Assembly: GCA_963766075.1 (NCBI GenBank)
Contig: CAVYAN010000073.1
Span: 1-42,809, forward strand
Reading direction: 5' to 3'
Origin: an uncultured cyanobacterium
Lineage (GTDB): Bacteria; Cyanobacteriota; Cyanobacteriia; Leptolyngbyales; Leptolyngbyaceae
DNA: 42,809 bases
Shown here: piece by piece, positions 10,361 to 20,645 of the stretch
Layout of the letters: each line of letters begins with the position of its first letter
Numbering within the stretch: the first letter of the stretch is position 1
Notes under the pieces: generated by a model
What the model was told of the DNA's origin: nothing
The model's database searches: none
The model's input: only the letters and a program-made list of their open reading frames with translations
Position numbers and translations under genes: made by a program

Positions 10361-11035
10361 TTAACGAGCTTGTCCCTGCCATAAATGGTCTATGGTGACA
10401 AACTGATACCCCTGAGACAGCAGAACTGGCACCAAGCGATCGACTGTGGCTGCGACGTCTGCGCCACCGCAGGGACCGTCATGCAGCACAATCATGGAGC
10501 CAGCTTTGACTTGATGTAAAACCCGTTTCACCACGATCGCCACACCGGGCTGAACCCAATCTTCCGGTACTATGCTCCACATCACAGGACGATAGTGCCA
10601 CTGACGCAGGAGCGCTAAGGTTTTCGGCGTGAATAAGCCATTGGGTGGGCGGACGTACCAATGCTGTTGATTGGGCAAGGCGCAGGCGGTAGTAATCGCC
10701 TGCTGAGTTTGCTGCAGGGTGTTGTGGAGTTCTGGGGCGGAGAGGAAGGGAAAAGATTTGTGATCGTAGCCGTGTAGGCCAATGCCGTGGCCGCGTTCGG
10801 CTATGGCGTGAGCGAGCTCTGGGGATCGCTCTACCCATGCCCCGAGCCAAAAAAAACTGGCGGGAATATGGTACCGATCCAGCACGTCTAGCAGGGGGGG
10901 TGTGTAGTGCGGGTGAGGTCCATCATCAAACGTGAGCGCGATCGCCCGTTCTGCGGGGTTGCCTGTCCATAAACAGTCGGGGAATAGGGGCGGCAGCACA
11001 TGGTACAGCAGCGGATATAGGGGAGCAAGGTGCAT
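10361..11035 (-). CDS. Polysaccharide deacetylase (NodB family)
   Basis: TFDDGP, HGYDH, RPPNG, DW and VLHD motifs. Confidence 0.92.
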   Translation of the reverse strand: MHLAPLYPLLYHVLPPLFPDCLWTGNPAERAIALTFDDGPHPHYTPPLLDVLDRYHIPASFFWLGAWVERSPELAHAIAERGHGIGLHGYDHKSFPFLSAPELHNTLQQTQQAITTACALPNQQHWYVRPPNGLFTPKTLALLRQWHYRPVMWSIVPEDWVQPGVAIVVKRVLHQVKAGSMIVLHDGPCGGADVAATVDRLVPVLLSQGYQFVTIDHLWQGQAR

Positions 11036-11058
11036 GGAGTTAGAAGGCTGGAACAGCT

Positions 11059-11454
11059 TTAGGTACAAGCTGGGGCGCAACTTTGGCGCGTGTGGGCAGA
11101 TTGTACTAAAGAAGAAATAATGTCGCGACTGAGGGGATGTACCAGAAACCCATCAAAGCCAGGATTTTCTTCCTGATCGATCCAACTGGCGGCATAGGCG
11201 TCTGTGAGGGCAATCAGAGTAATCCGATGGGCGTTGGCGTAGTCTCGCAGTTTGCGCATCAATCCTTGGGACCAATCTTGATAGTCCCCGGCCAGAATGA
11301 TCAAAAAAGGAGGACGCTGGGTGGTGTGAGCTACGGCCTGCTCTTCGGACTGGGCGATCGCCACCCCGTACCGACAGTGCCCCAGCATGAATGCCAACGG
11401 ACTCAGCGACTGAGGTTGATGCGTCAGTAACAAAATATAGTCAGACGTTTGCAT
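11059..11454 (-). CDS. Single-domain response-regulator-like (pseudo-receiver) protein
   Basis: Receiver-fold pattern (ILLL...PFLIIL...ITLIALT...GFDGFLVHP) without the phosphoacceptor Asp. Confidence 0.65.
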   Translation of the reverse strand: MQTSDYILLLTHQPQSLSPLAFMLGHCRYGVAIAQSEEQAVAHTTQRPPFLIILAGDYQDWSQGLMRKLRDYANAHRITLIALTDAYAASWIDQEENPGFDGFLVHPLSRDIISSLVQSAHTRQSCAPACT

Positions 11455-12107
11455 GACACCGCTTTTCAAACTTCATCTCACTATACCCGTGGGTCAAAAT
11501 CAACAAAACGATCGCCAGAGGCTGAAAGCTTTTTCCTAAAGCCTGTTTCACCTTTTATATAGACAATCGTGCTTCCATATTTCTTAGGGTTCTCGACAAA
11601 TCTAGGCTAATTCCAGACGTTCTAAAATATTCTAATGTTCATCCTAAAGCCAGGATTTGCCATCGTGAAAGCCTTACTTTAGAGGGATTTCAGGGCGTTT
11701 CAGAGCTGCTTGATGCGCTCCAGCATGAGGTTGACTTGCCAGAACCGCTTTAGTATTTGAAAAGAATTGAAGAGAGTGAAAATCAGTGGGTGGAATGGGA
11801 GCCGATTAGTGCCTTTTCTCTAAGCAACTCGATTGAAACGGTAAATAAGTGTGATTAAATGCGATCGCAAAACGCAATAAATCTACATGTCAAAAGGTCG
11901 CTAAATAGTTCGTAGGATTTGTTAACAAACTGGTGTTGTACGCCGCAAGCCCCGTGTGCTTTAGGCTATGGTCCAGCCATGGCTTGCTATCTGCCAACGT
12001 GCTATCTGCTGGCCATGGAACCAGCCATTGAAGGACATTCCCATTACTGAGATAATGAGCAGGTTCAGAAGCGTCTCTTGTATTAATTTTGGACTTATTT
12101 GAGACTT

Positions 12108-13031
12108 ATGGTCACGACAATTGCTGCCCCTACCCTGGCATCCCGGTTGGTCAACCGTGTTTTAGCCATCAAGCCCCTCGCCAATTTAGCCAAGCATCGC
12201 GCTCGGCAAATGATGATTCAGCGGGCAGAGTCAATTGGGGTGCACTGGATGCAGGAAGTCGCTGCATTACAGTCACGGAACTGGGATGCGGATTTGCGCC
12301 ACGTTAAGAATCCTAATCTAGGCTATCCCGATTACTACGTGCGGTCGTTCCATGCCTATGAAGAGGGGAATTTGGGCTGGCAGCCCGCCTGGGAAGTAGA
12401 AGTGGCCGCCTATGCCGTTCATGCCAGAATTTGGCCGGATGGAGGAGCGCAGGGTGACGCGCGTTTGCGGCAAAGTTATCACGCCGTGTTGCAGTCGCGG
12501 TTGCCGGTTGTGCCCCAGGCGATTGTCGATTTGGGATGCAGTGTGGGTATGAGTACCTTTGCGCTGCAAGACACGTTTCCCAATGCTCAAATTACTGGTG
12601 TTGATCTTTCTCCTTATTTTTTGGCCGTAGCTAACCACAGTTCCCAAAGGCGCAGGACTGCCGTTTCGCCTACCTGGGTGCATGGGGCGGCGGAGGCCAC
12701 GGGTCTCCCTGATGCGTCCTGTGACCTTGTTTCTGCTTGCCTTATGTTTCATGAGTTGCCCCAGAAGGCCGCGATCGCTATTTTCAAGGAGGCATATCGC
12801 CTGTTGCGTCCCGGCGGGCACATGGCCATCATGGACATGAACCCCCGCTCCGAAATCTACGCTAAAATGCCGCCCTACATTTTGACGTTGTTGAAAAGTA
12901 CGGAGCCCTATTTAGACGAGTATTTTGCCTTGGATATAGAAGAGGCGATCGCTCAGGCTGGATTTGTCCGTCCCACCATTACTCCCAACACACCTCGCCA
13001 TCGCGTGGTGCTGGCATCGGTGCAAAAGTGA
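12108..13031 (+). CDS. Class I SAM-dependent methyltransferase
   Basis: IVDLGCSVGMST, GVDLSPYFL, MFHELP, LLRPGG. Confidence 0.9.
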   Translation: MVTTIAAPTLASRLVNRVLAIKPLANLAKHRARQMMIQRAESIGVHWMQEVAALQSRNWDADLRHVKNPNLGYPDYYVRSFHAYEEGNLGWQPAWEVEVAAYAVHARIWPDGGAQGDARLRQSYHAVLQSRLPVVPQAIVDLGCSVGMSTFALQDTFPNAQITGVDLSPYFLAVANHSSQRRRTAVSPTWVHGAAEATGLPDASCDLVSACLMFHELPQKAAIAIFKEAYRLLRPGGHMAIMDMNPRSEIYAKMPPYILTLLKSTEPYLDEYFALDIEEAIAQAGFVRPTITPNTPRHRVVLASVQK

Positions 13032-13123
13032 CTCGAAAATGGGAAAACTTGACGCGGCAACTTGCCAAAGCGGATTCTTGCCCTAGAATAGTAAAGCTGT
13101 GTTGATATAGGGCTTACAAAGTC

Positions 13124-13300
13124 ATGGCTGTTCCTAAGAAGAAAACCTCCAACGGTAAGCGCGATCAGCGCAAAGCCACCTGGAAGAAAAAAGCTGAATT
13201 GCAAGCGCAACGCGCCCTCTCCATCGGCAAGTCCATTTTGACGGGACGTGCCAAAGGCTTTGTCTATGAAGACAAAACGGCTGAAGATGACGAAGAGTAG
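13124..13300 (+). CDS. rpmF: 50S ribosomal protein L32
   Basis: Manual translation: [58 protein letters not shown] (58 aa, below the ORF-track cutoff). Confidence 0.95.
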   Translation: MAVPKKKTSNGKRDQRKATWKKKAELQAQRALSIGKSILTGRAKGFVYEDKTAEDDEE

Positions 13301-13305
13301 GGTGA

Positions 13306-13905
13306 ATGCCCATGCTGCGTAAGTTTTTCCAAAAACCAGGGCCGGAGCACGGCGATCGCGTTCCGCCGGGTCAGCACCTCGCTAGCGGGTTTCCTGTGTT
13401 GACCTATGGGGATACACCCGCCGTTGAGGTACAGGACTGGCAGTTGCAGGTCTTTGGGTTGGCTCAGGAGAAAACCTTTTCCTGGTCAGACTTTTTGGCA
13501 TTGCCACAGCATGAGTTCATTGCCGACTTCCACTGTGTCACGACTTGGTCAAAGCTGGACGTTCAGTGGACCGGGGTCAAGGTAATCGACTTTATGCAGC
13601 AGGTTAGCTTGGCGACTCAAGCAACCCACGTCATGCAGCATTGCTACGGTGGTTACACCACCAATCTATCCCTGGATGACTTTTTGCGTGAAGAAAACTT
13701 TTTCGCCCACCGCCTGTCGGACCAGCCGTTATCCCCGGAGCATGGTGGTCCTTTGCGGCTAATTGTGCCCCATCTTTACGCCTGGAAAAGCGCCAAGTGG
13801 ATCAACGGACTCGAGTTTTTGGATCATGAAGCTTTGGGGTTTTGGGAACGCAATGGTTACCACCGCCGAGGTGAACCCTGGGCCGAAGAACGCTACAGTG
13901 ATTAG
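13306..13905 (+). CDS. Sulfite-oxidase-like molybdopterin-binding oxidoreductase
   Basis: PPGQ, DFHCVTTWS, EHGGPLRL, YAWKSAKW, GFWERNGYH. Confidence 0.9.
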   Translation: MPMLRKFFQKPGPEHGDRVPPGQHLASGFPVLTYGDTPAVEVQDWQLQVFGLAQEKTFSWSDFLALPQHEFIADFHCVTTWSKLDVQWTGVKVIDFMQQVSLATQATHVMQHCYGGYTTNLSLDDFLREENFFAHRLSDQPLSPEHGGPLRLIVPHLYAWKSAKWINGLEFLDHEALGFWERNGYHRRGEPWAEERYSD

Positions 13906-14076
13906 GCTGAGATTAGGTCGAACAATCGGGACGATTAAGCTTGGCTGGCGCAAAGCGTGGAGAATCCTATTCCCAGTAACGATACGAATTGTAAAGAAAG
14001 AATGGGGCACTCCGATGCGTCGGTTTCAGGAAATTTTTCTCATTTGAACCCCGCAGTCTGCGAGGGATCAGCCCTG

Positions 14077-14481
14077 ATGCTTGGATTTGCGCTTCCCCTG
14101 TCTTTTGCCCAGATCCAGCAACTTTCCCCGATCGCCCTGGCGTACTTAGGGGATGCGGTTTACGAACTCTATATTCGCCGCTATTATTTAGTTCCACCGA
14201 AACGACCACAAGCCTATCATCACCACGTGGTCGCTCAAGTGAGGGCGGAATCGCAAGCTCATCATCTACAGGCGTTAATCCCGCATCTCTCGCCAGCGGA
14301 ACTTGATATCGTGAAGCGGGGCCGCAATGCCGCTGGCAAGCGCCCCCATCGATCTGATCCTGAAATTTATCAACAGGCCACGGGTTTAGAGGCTTTGGTT
14401 GGCTATCTTTATCTCGTTGACGCTCAGCGTCTTCTGGAGTTGTTCCAATGTCTGCAGATTGATCCCGGATCTACAGATTGA
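14077..14481 (+). CDS. mrnC: Mini-ribonuclease III
   Basis: LAYLGDAVYEL, VRAESQA, RGRNA, YQQATGLEALVGYL; no dsRBD; located upstream of rlmB; start uncertain. Confidence 0.9.
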   Translation: MLGFALPLSFAQIQQLSPIALAYLGDAVYELYIRRYYLVPPKRPQAYHHHVVAQVRAESQAHHLQALIPHLSPAELDIVKRGRNAAGKRPHRSDPEIYQQATGLEALVGYLYLVDAQRLLELFQCLQIDPGSTD

Positions 14482-14973
14482 TGCCCTATCGACAGCTTCA
14501 CGGGTTTGATCGGTCGGTTGTAGCCTTTATTTTGGGCCTTAATCCGGTTGTTCCGCAGGCTTCTCCTATTTCATCCCATCGGGTCTTGTCAAAATTGGGG
14601 GAGGCTACGATTATGAAATGCGGTAGACCTAGGTTGGCAAGGGTATTAGATCGGTTCGCTCTGGCGCAGGGTGGCAAACCTACGATCGCCGAGATAGTTT
14701 GATCGGCGTGGGTTGATCGGCGATTGGTGTGTTTTATTGCCGGGTTTTTGTTTCTTAGGTTGTTGTTTCTTCCTTTGTTTTGGGCTACCTCTTGTTTTGG
14801 GTTACTTCAATGTCTTGTATTTACCTTGGATTGGGGATTGTTGGCTTCGGCCTGTTCTGAAGTTCAGATAATCTGCCACCCGTTTTTCAGTCAACTCCGT
14901 CTCAGTTTTTCAGTCAACCCTGTCTCAGTCAACGTGCCGGTCAACTTAGTCAACCTCTCCCCTTGCCATCGCC

Positions 14974-16717
14974 ATGCCTCCCAAGAAAAATTCTAAACAG
15001 TCTGCTAAAAAAGCCCATCACGGTACGGACAAGCGGTCTGGACAAGCCAAGGCCAGCGCAAAATCTGGACAGGCAAAATCTGGAAAACCGAAGCCCAAAA
15101 ATGATTATGGCAAGCCTCGGTATGACCGCCGTAGTGATGGTGCTGAAGGGCAGGAGCGGCCCTTTCAGGGACGGGATCGCCAGCCCCGAGAAGATCATGA
15201 TCGTCCGTCCAAGACTGGAGATTTTCAGAAGCCAATTCTGTCCAATGGGCAGGATCAGCCTTATAAGGGCCGCACGTTCCGCAAGCCAGTAGAGGGGAGC
15301 GATCAAGAACGACCTTACAAGGGTCGCACGTTCCGTAAGCCCGTAGAGGGGAGTGATCAAGAACGACCTTACAAAGGCCGCACGTTCCGTAAGCCAGTGG
15401 AGGGGAGCGATCAAGAACGGCCTTATAAGGGCCGCACGTTCCGTAAGCCCGTAGAGCGGGATCACTCGGAGCAGTCTCGTACTCCTAAGCCCTATGACAA
15501 TCGTGTGTCCCGCAGACCCAGTGACTCTGCCGACAGGTCATCCTATGATCAACCTGATTTCTTCCAGCGCGAGGATCGGGAAAGCCCAGATCGTCCCTAT
15601 GTGGCCCGAAACCCGCGCAACTCTGACTATGAAGGGCCGCAGGATCGCCCCGCGCCCGTGCGGACGTTCCGCAAGCCGATGACGGGTAGCGAAAAAGTTC
15701 CTACATTTAAGGTCCGGACGTTCCGCAAGCCCGTTTTGGCCGATGGCCAGAGTCCTGTTGTGAAGACACGGAGCGATCGCTCCCGAGTTCTCTGGATCGT
15801 CCGAGGGCGACGTGCGCTCGTTTAAGGTGCGATCGCTGCGGACGACTGGTCCGGCGCGCTACGCTGCCTCGGCTCCGCCCTCGGCAGGAGATGATCAGGA
15901 CGAAAATCCAGATTTGATTTACGGACGGCATCCTGTACTGAGTGCTTTGGAAAGTGAGCAAAGCTTGAACCGAATTTGGGTGACGGCGCGGCTCCGCTAT
16001 GATTCGCGATTTCACGGATTGTTACAACAGGCTAAGGCGAACGGTGCTGTCATTGATGAAGTTGAGCCACAGCGTCTCGACCAAATTACCCGTCATGCCA
16101 ACCATCAGGGGATTGCTGCCCAAACGGCTCCCCATGAGTATACGGAATTGGGCGAATTGATTGCTCAAGCCAAGCAGGCGACTGAGCATCCCGTGTTGGT
16201 TGTAGCAGACAGTATTACCGATCCCCACAATCTGGGGGCCATTATTCGCACGGCGGAAGCGCTAGGGGCCCAGGGCATTGTGATTCCTCAGCGGCGAGCG
16301 GTGGGTGTGACTTCAACGGTGGCTAAGGTCGCGGCAGGAGCACTGGCCACGTTTCCAGTAGCGCGGGTGATTAATCTGACCCGTGCCCTAGAAGAGCTGA
16401 AAGCGGAGGGGTTTTGGATTTATGGCACGGCCTCGGAGGGAACCCAGCCCGTCCATGCGGTCCAATTTTCGGGGCCGGTGGTGATTGTTGTGGGTGCTGA
16501 AGGCAGTGGATTAGGGGTAACCACTCAAAAAGCCTGTGATAGTTTGATTTCGATTCCGCTCCGGGGACATACACCGAGCTTAAATGCATCCGTGGCGGCG
16601 GGAATGGTTCTTTATGAACTCTATCGTCAGCGCTTGGGCCAGACCTGGCATCTGAATCGCTTAGAAAAAGATGCTCAGGGAAATGGCAAAAATGTTACCA
16701 CTCATCACAGTATTTAG
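14974..16717 (+). CDS. rlmB: 23S rRNA (G2251) 2'-O-methyltransferase RlmB with long repetitive N-terminal extension; frameshift near 15790-15815
   Basis: C-terminal frame has [37 protein letters not shown]; the upstream K/R-rich frame starts at ATG 14974 and similar VRT/SF/L R-type motifs occur on both sides of the junction. Confidence 0.85.
15259..15456 (+). repeat. 54-bp coding tandem repeat, three full copies plus one partial ([18 protein letters not shown])
   Basis: Units start at 15259, 15313, 15367 and 15421; the full copies differ only at synonymous sites. Confidence 0.95.
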
Positions 16718-16796
16718 CTCCTGAAAGTGGGACAATCTGGCTAGTTGTTGTGGGTCATCGGCACAGCGTTAATTCGTTAGAGCTGGCAGGAAAGCA

Positions 16797-17045
16797 ATGC
16801 AAGAGTTTTTGACAAGTTTATTGAACTTATCAGGGTTAGCCTGGTGGGTTGAAATCAAAACCGAAAGTCCGGCTTGTATCTATTACTTCGGTCCCTTTGC
16901 CAACGAAAAGTCAGCCCTGACAGCTAAGTCTGGCTATATTGAGGATTTGGAAAAGGAAGGGGCGCAAGTCATTCAACTCATGATTAAGCGCTGCAAGCAA
17001 CCGTCTCAACTGACGGTTCCTGATGACCTGGGGGGGGGATTTTAG
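16797..17045 (+). CDS. DUF1816-family protein
   Basis: GLAWWVEIKT..PACIYYFGPF...GYIEDLEKEGA. Confidence 0.85.
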   Translation: MQEFLTSLLNLSGLAWWVEIKTESPACIYYFGPFANEKSALTAKSGYIEDLEKEGAQVIQLMIKRCKQPSQLTVPDDLGGGF

Positions 17046-17288
17046 CCGGGGAGTTCCGGTACTCAGCACCTAGGCTGGGTGAACTCTCTGGCCATGCTGG
17101 GTAGAAAATTAGCCCGTGCCCAGTTGGGATGCGGGCTAGTTTTGCATGGATTATTCCGGTTCCGAGGTCAATTCACTAGCGCGGTTGTTTATGCAACGGA
17201 GTCAAGTCTGGGGTCGAAGCCTGGAGTCGAAATCTGGAATCGAAACTTCTATCTGGAAGGACTTGCTGGGTGATCTGGGGATTGCGGT

Positions 17289-19166
17289 TTAGCCAAGGGT
17301 TGTTGCGGTTGGATAGATTGGCTCTATCGGGCGGATTTGCTCTACCAAGATCCAGTTTCCGGCTGGATTGAGCTTGCCTCGGATGACAATTGTGCTACCT
17401 GTTTCTAAGCAGGCTAATTGGTGGTCGATGGTGGAATCGAGGGTAACGAGGCTGACCTCGGTCTTGATTTCAGGTTGATTTGTGTTTGGATCGAAGGGAT
17501 GGGGCGCGATCGCCCAAAATCGATACTCCTGGGGTTGTAGCCGTTCAAACCGTCCTGTCCAAGTCTGTGCCTTGTGGGATAGGATGGGCAGATGCTGGAG
17601 TATTGTGGGAGCGTAGCCCCTGGCTGGATAGGCTTCTGGACGATCCAGGTAGTAGTGTTGCCACTGCAACCACTCGGGATGCTGGGGAGGCATATTGATC
17701 AGGGGGATGATGGTGGCTGGGGCTGTGGGATCCGAGAGGAGGGCATTTTGTAAGAGACGCACGTCGAGGTCGCGAGGATCACAGCGGTATTCCACACAGA
17801 GGGCTGCTGCCATTCCGGCGGCCTGTCCAATGCCTAGGACGATGGGCTGTAGGCGGGTGGCTCCATTGGCCATATGCGATACGGAAATGTTTTTGTCGCA
17901 GGCGATGAAGCCGGAAATCTGGACTGGGATCAAGCTGCGATAGGGAATCGTAAAGGGTGTGCCGGTCCAGCGTCCGCCCCAGCGCATAGATTTTGGCTGT
18001 AACGGGATATCGCCGCTGGGGTAGTGATGATCGTTAGCATAGTTTCCTAGGGCGATCGCCTCGCACAGGGACTCGACGGTTTCACAGCCTTGGGCCCACA
18101 CGACGTAGGGCAAGGGGGCAACTTGGCCTTGGGCGATCGGTAAAATATCCCGTTCGCTCACCGTTCGCAGCCCCCGGAGTCGCCGACTTTCCCGATAGTA
18201 CGGATGGAGTGCGTAGGCAGAGTGGAGGGAAGGCGTTGAATGCCGAGGATCCGAGAATGTGTCCGGGAATGTATCAGTGGCAAGGCCATAGCGGCGACCG
18301 AGGTGGGCTTGGATAAAGTGGGCAAAGCCTTGGGTGTGCCAGCGGGCGGCTTGCTCAAAGGCAGCGCGGGCAGGGGGGGACGTAATGACCCGCTGGATAT
18401 CTTCGCCATAGTCGTTGCCATGCCGAGGCCAGTTGATCATGAAGCGGTTGCCTGGAAGGCGACCATAGTTGAGAAATTTTTCGCCCCCATGGGCCTCCCA
18501 TGCCCCTTGGAAGTGGGCCGGATCATAATTCGGCGGGGCGGGAATCTCGGGGGCAACCTGATCGGCACCAAAGTCTTGCAGGATCACGACCCATGTGGGG
18601 GCTTGAACTGGATAGCGGCGCATCCACTCCTGGAGTTCTGTCGGGGCGCTGGGCTCGTTGAATTCGGCCTGGAGTTCCCAGCCCCAACGGTGAGGAATAT
18701 TGCCGAGGGCAAGCAGATCGCCGAGTTCGGTGCCGTCCAAGATAACCTGAGCCGTGATGCTGTAGTCATCAAACTGGACGCCGGTGATGCGATCGCCCTG
18801 TCGGTGCACTGCCTGGGGGACCTGCCCTGAAATCCACTGCAAATTGGGCAACGCGGCCACCCAATCGGCAAAAATCTGGGCTCCCATACGTGGATCATGG
18901 TCGAAAAAACTCACCCAGCCCTGATCGAGTCCGGCGGGTTCTCGGTGTTGGAGTTCCCGCAGGTAAGCGCCCCAAATCCCTGTTTGCCACGCCAGGAGTT
19001 CATTCCCGTCGGGGCAGGATACTCCCGCACTGGTTAACATGCCTCCCAGCCAGGAAAATTCACTCACTAAGAGGGTGCGGGCACCGCGCCGCGCTGCTTG
19101 AATAGCCGCAGCAGTGCCACCGGTGCCGCCGCCGACTACGAGAACATCCGTGGTGAGGGTTTGCAT
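17289..19166 (-). CDS. FAD-dependent oxidoreductase
   Basis: DVLVVGGGTGGTAAAIQAARRG, DGTELGDL, YYRESRR, ANGATRLQP; ATG overlaps the upstream stop (TAATG). Confidence 0.9.
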   Translation of the reverse strand: MQTLTTDVLVVGGGTGGTAAAIQAARRGARTLLVSEFSWLGGMLTSAGVSCPDGNELLAWQTGIWGAYLRELQHREPAGLDQGWVSFFDHDPRMGAQIFADWVAALPNLQWISGQVPQAVHRQGDRITGVQFDDYSITAQVILDGTELGDLLALGNIPHRWGWELQAEFNEPSAPTELQEWMRRYPVQAPTWVVILQDFGADQVAPEIPAPPNYDPAHFQGAWEAHGGEKFLNYGRLPGNRFMINWPRHGNDYGEDIQRVITSPPARAAFEQAARWHTQGFAHFIQAHLGRRYGLATDTFPDTFSDPRHSTPSLHSAYALHPYYRESRRLRGLRTVSERDILPIAQGQVAPLPYVVWAQGCETVESLCEAIALGNYANDHHYPSGDIPLQPKSMRWGGRWTGTPFTIPYRSLIPVQISGFIACDKNISVSHMANGATRLQPIVLGIGQAAGMAAALCVEYRCDPRDLDVRLLQNALLSDPTAPATIIPLINMPPQHPEWLQWQHYYLDRPEAYPARGYAPTILQHLPILSHKAQTWTGRFERLQPQEYRFWAIAPHPFDPNTNQPEIKTEVSLVTLDSTIDHQLACLETGSTIVIRGKLNPAGNWILVEQIRPIEPIYPTATTLG

Positions 19167-20455
19167 TAGGTGGGGATCCAGGTTTTGCGCGCACGTCCGG
19201 TGATGGTTTGCCCCCACCAGGGCGTGTTGGCCGCGAGGGATTTGAGCGATCGCTCGGTGACAGGCCAACGGTGCTGGGGATCAAAGAGGGTCATTTCGGC
19301 GGGTGCTCCAGGCTGAATCCGAGGGGGCGGTTGCTGCAAACAGCGGGCGGGCTGGGTGCTCAGACTCTGCCAGAGTTCTAAGGCTGAAAGTTGGTGGGTT
19401 TCTACCAAACCGTGCCAGAGCAGGGGCAAGGCCAACTCTAGCCCGATCGCACCGGGCGGGGCTTCCGCAAAGGCGACGGTTTTTTCTTCGTAGGTGTAAG
19501 GGGTGTGGTCAATGGCGATCGCGTCCAGTACCCCGGCTCGCACGCCTTGGACCAATGCAGCCCGATCCTGGGGATTGCCCAAGGGGGGACTGAGGTGCAA
19601 ATGGGGATTGTAGTCCCCCAGGTCTTCCGTGCTGAGCAAAAGATGCATCCACGGCGTACTGGCGGTAATCGGGAGTCCGCGGGCTTTAGCGGCCTCGATC
19701 ATTTCGACGCTGCGGGCGGTGGAAATCCGCATGAGGTGTATAGGGGTGCCAGTTGTGGCCACGCATTCTAGCAAGACGGCCAGGGCAGCGGTTTCGGCTA
19801 AGTCAGAAATGCCGGGTAAGCCAAACCGCAGCGCGGGATGCCCTTCCCGAACGACGCCCTGGCCTGTCATTTCGCGATCGCAGGGCCACAGGGCAATGGG
19901 GCGATCGCAGGGGCGTAAATACTCCAAAGCCCGCTGCACCAGGACCCAATTTTTGAGCGGTAGGCCATCGCTAAATCCGACAATATTGGTGTGCATCAGG
20001 TCGCCCAGCTCGGTGAGATGCTGGCCCTGGATGTTTTGAGTGAGAGCCGCCCAAGGGTGCAGGGTCGGCGGGCAAGCGCCCTGGCTCTGAAGGTTTTGCC
20101 GAGCATCATGCAGCCAAGCAACGCTAGCGGGATTATCGATAGACGGTTGCGTGTCGGGTAACAGGGCTACCCGCGTAAAGCCCCCAGCGGTGGCAGCCTG
20201 AAGCAGGGACATCAGGGTTTCGCGGGATTCAAAGCCGGGTTCACCGGAATGGCTGTAGAGATCGATCAGACCAGGACCGAGAATCAAGCCTTGGGCTGGC
20301 GTGACTTGAGTATTGGGGGCCTCCGAGGCCAGATCGGGGCCGATCGCCTGAATTGTGCCATCAATAATCAGGACATCGGCGATCTCATCCGTTGCCGATA
20401 CCGGATCCAGGACACGCACCTCTTGTAATAACTCAGCGAATGATTCAGTCACCAT
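19166..20455 (-). CDS. pyrC: Dihydroorotase-like amidohydrolase (PyrC/PyrC' type)
   Basis: PGLIDLYSHSGEPGFE, AATAGGFT, PPLG, AIDHTP, APPGAIGLE, NTPW. Confidence 0.8.
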   Translation of the reverse strand: MVTESFAELLQEVRVLDPVSATDEIADVLIIDGTIQAIGPDLASEAPNTQVTPAQGLILGPGLIDLYSHSGEPGFESRETLMSLLQAATAGGFTRVALLPDTQPSIDNPASVAWLHDARQNLQSQGACPPTLHPWAALTQNIQGQHLTELGDLMHTNIVGFSDGLPLKNWVLVQRALEYLRPCDRPIALWPCDREMTGQGVVREGHPALRFGLPGISDLAETAALAVLLECVATTGTPIHLMRISTARSVEMIEAAKARGLPITASTPWMHLLLSTEDLGDYNPHLHLSPPLGNPQDRAALVQGVRAGVLDAIAIDHTPYTYEEKTVAFAEAPPGAIGLELALPLLWHGLVETHQLSALELWQSLSTQPARCLQQPPPRIQPGAPAEMTLFDPQHRWPVTERSLKSLAANTPWWGQTITGRARKTWIPT

Positions 20456-20463
20456 ACCCACAC

Positions 20464-20645
20464 AATTTTAGAATTTAGACGTTAGATTTTGGCGTTAATC
20501 CTCTCTTACAGCCTTTTTCCAGCCTTTTTCTAGCAGGGCATGGCGATATGAGCATGACTCTGGTGATGTACCATCGGGCGAAGTCTGCCAATCCGGACAG
20601 AGGATGTGTGTTGTCGAAAATCCAAAATCCAAAATCCAAAATTCC
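20464..20645. repeat. Two oppositely oriented heptamer (STRR-like) tracts
   Basis: attttag aatttag acgttag attttgg (about 20465-20492) and aaaatcc x3 + aaaattcc (20617-20645). Confidence 0.7.

Noticed and set aside
14478..14996. Two short hydrophobic ORFs between mrnC and rlmB
   Set aside because: By-products of T-rich low-complexity DNA; weak starts and no family motifs.
15259..15456. 54-bp repeat as CRISPR or another non-coding array
   Set aside because: It is in frame, varies only synonymously and has no unique spacers, so it is a protein repeat.
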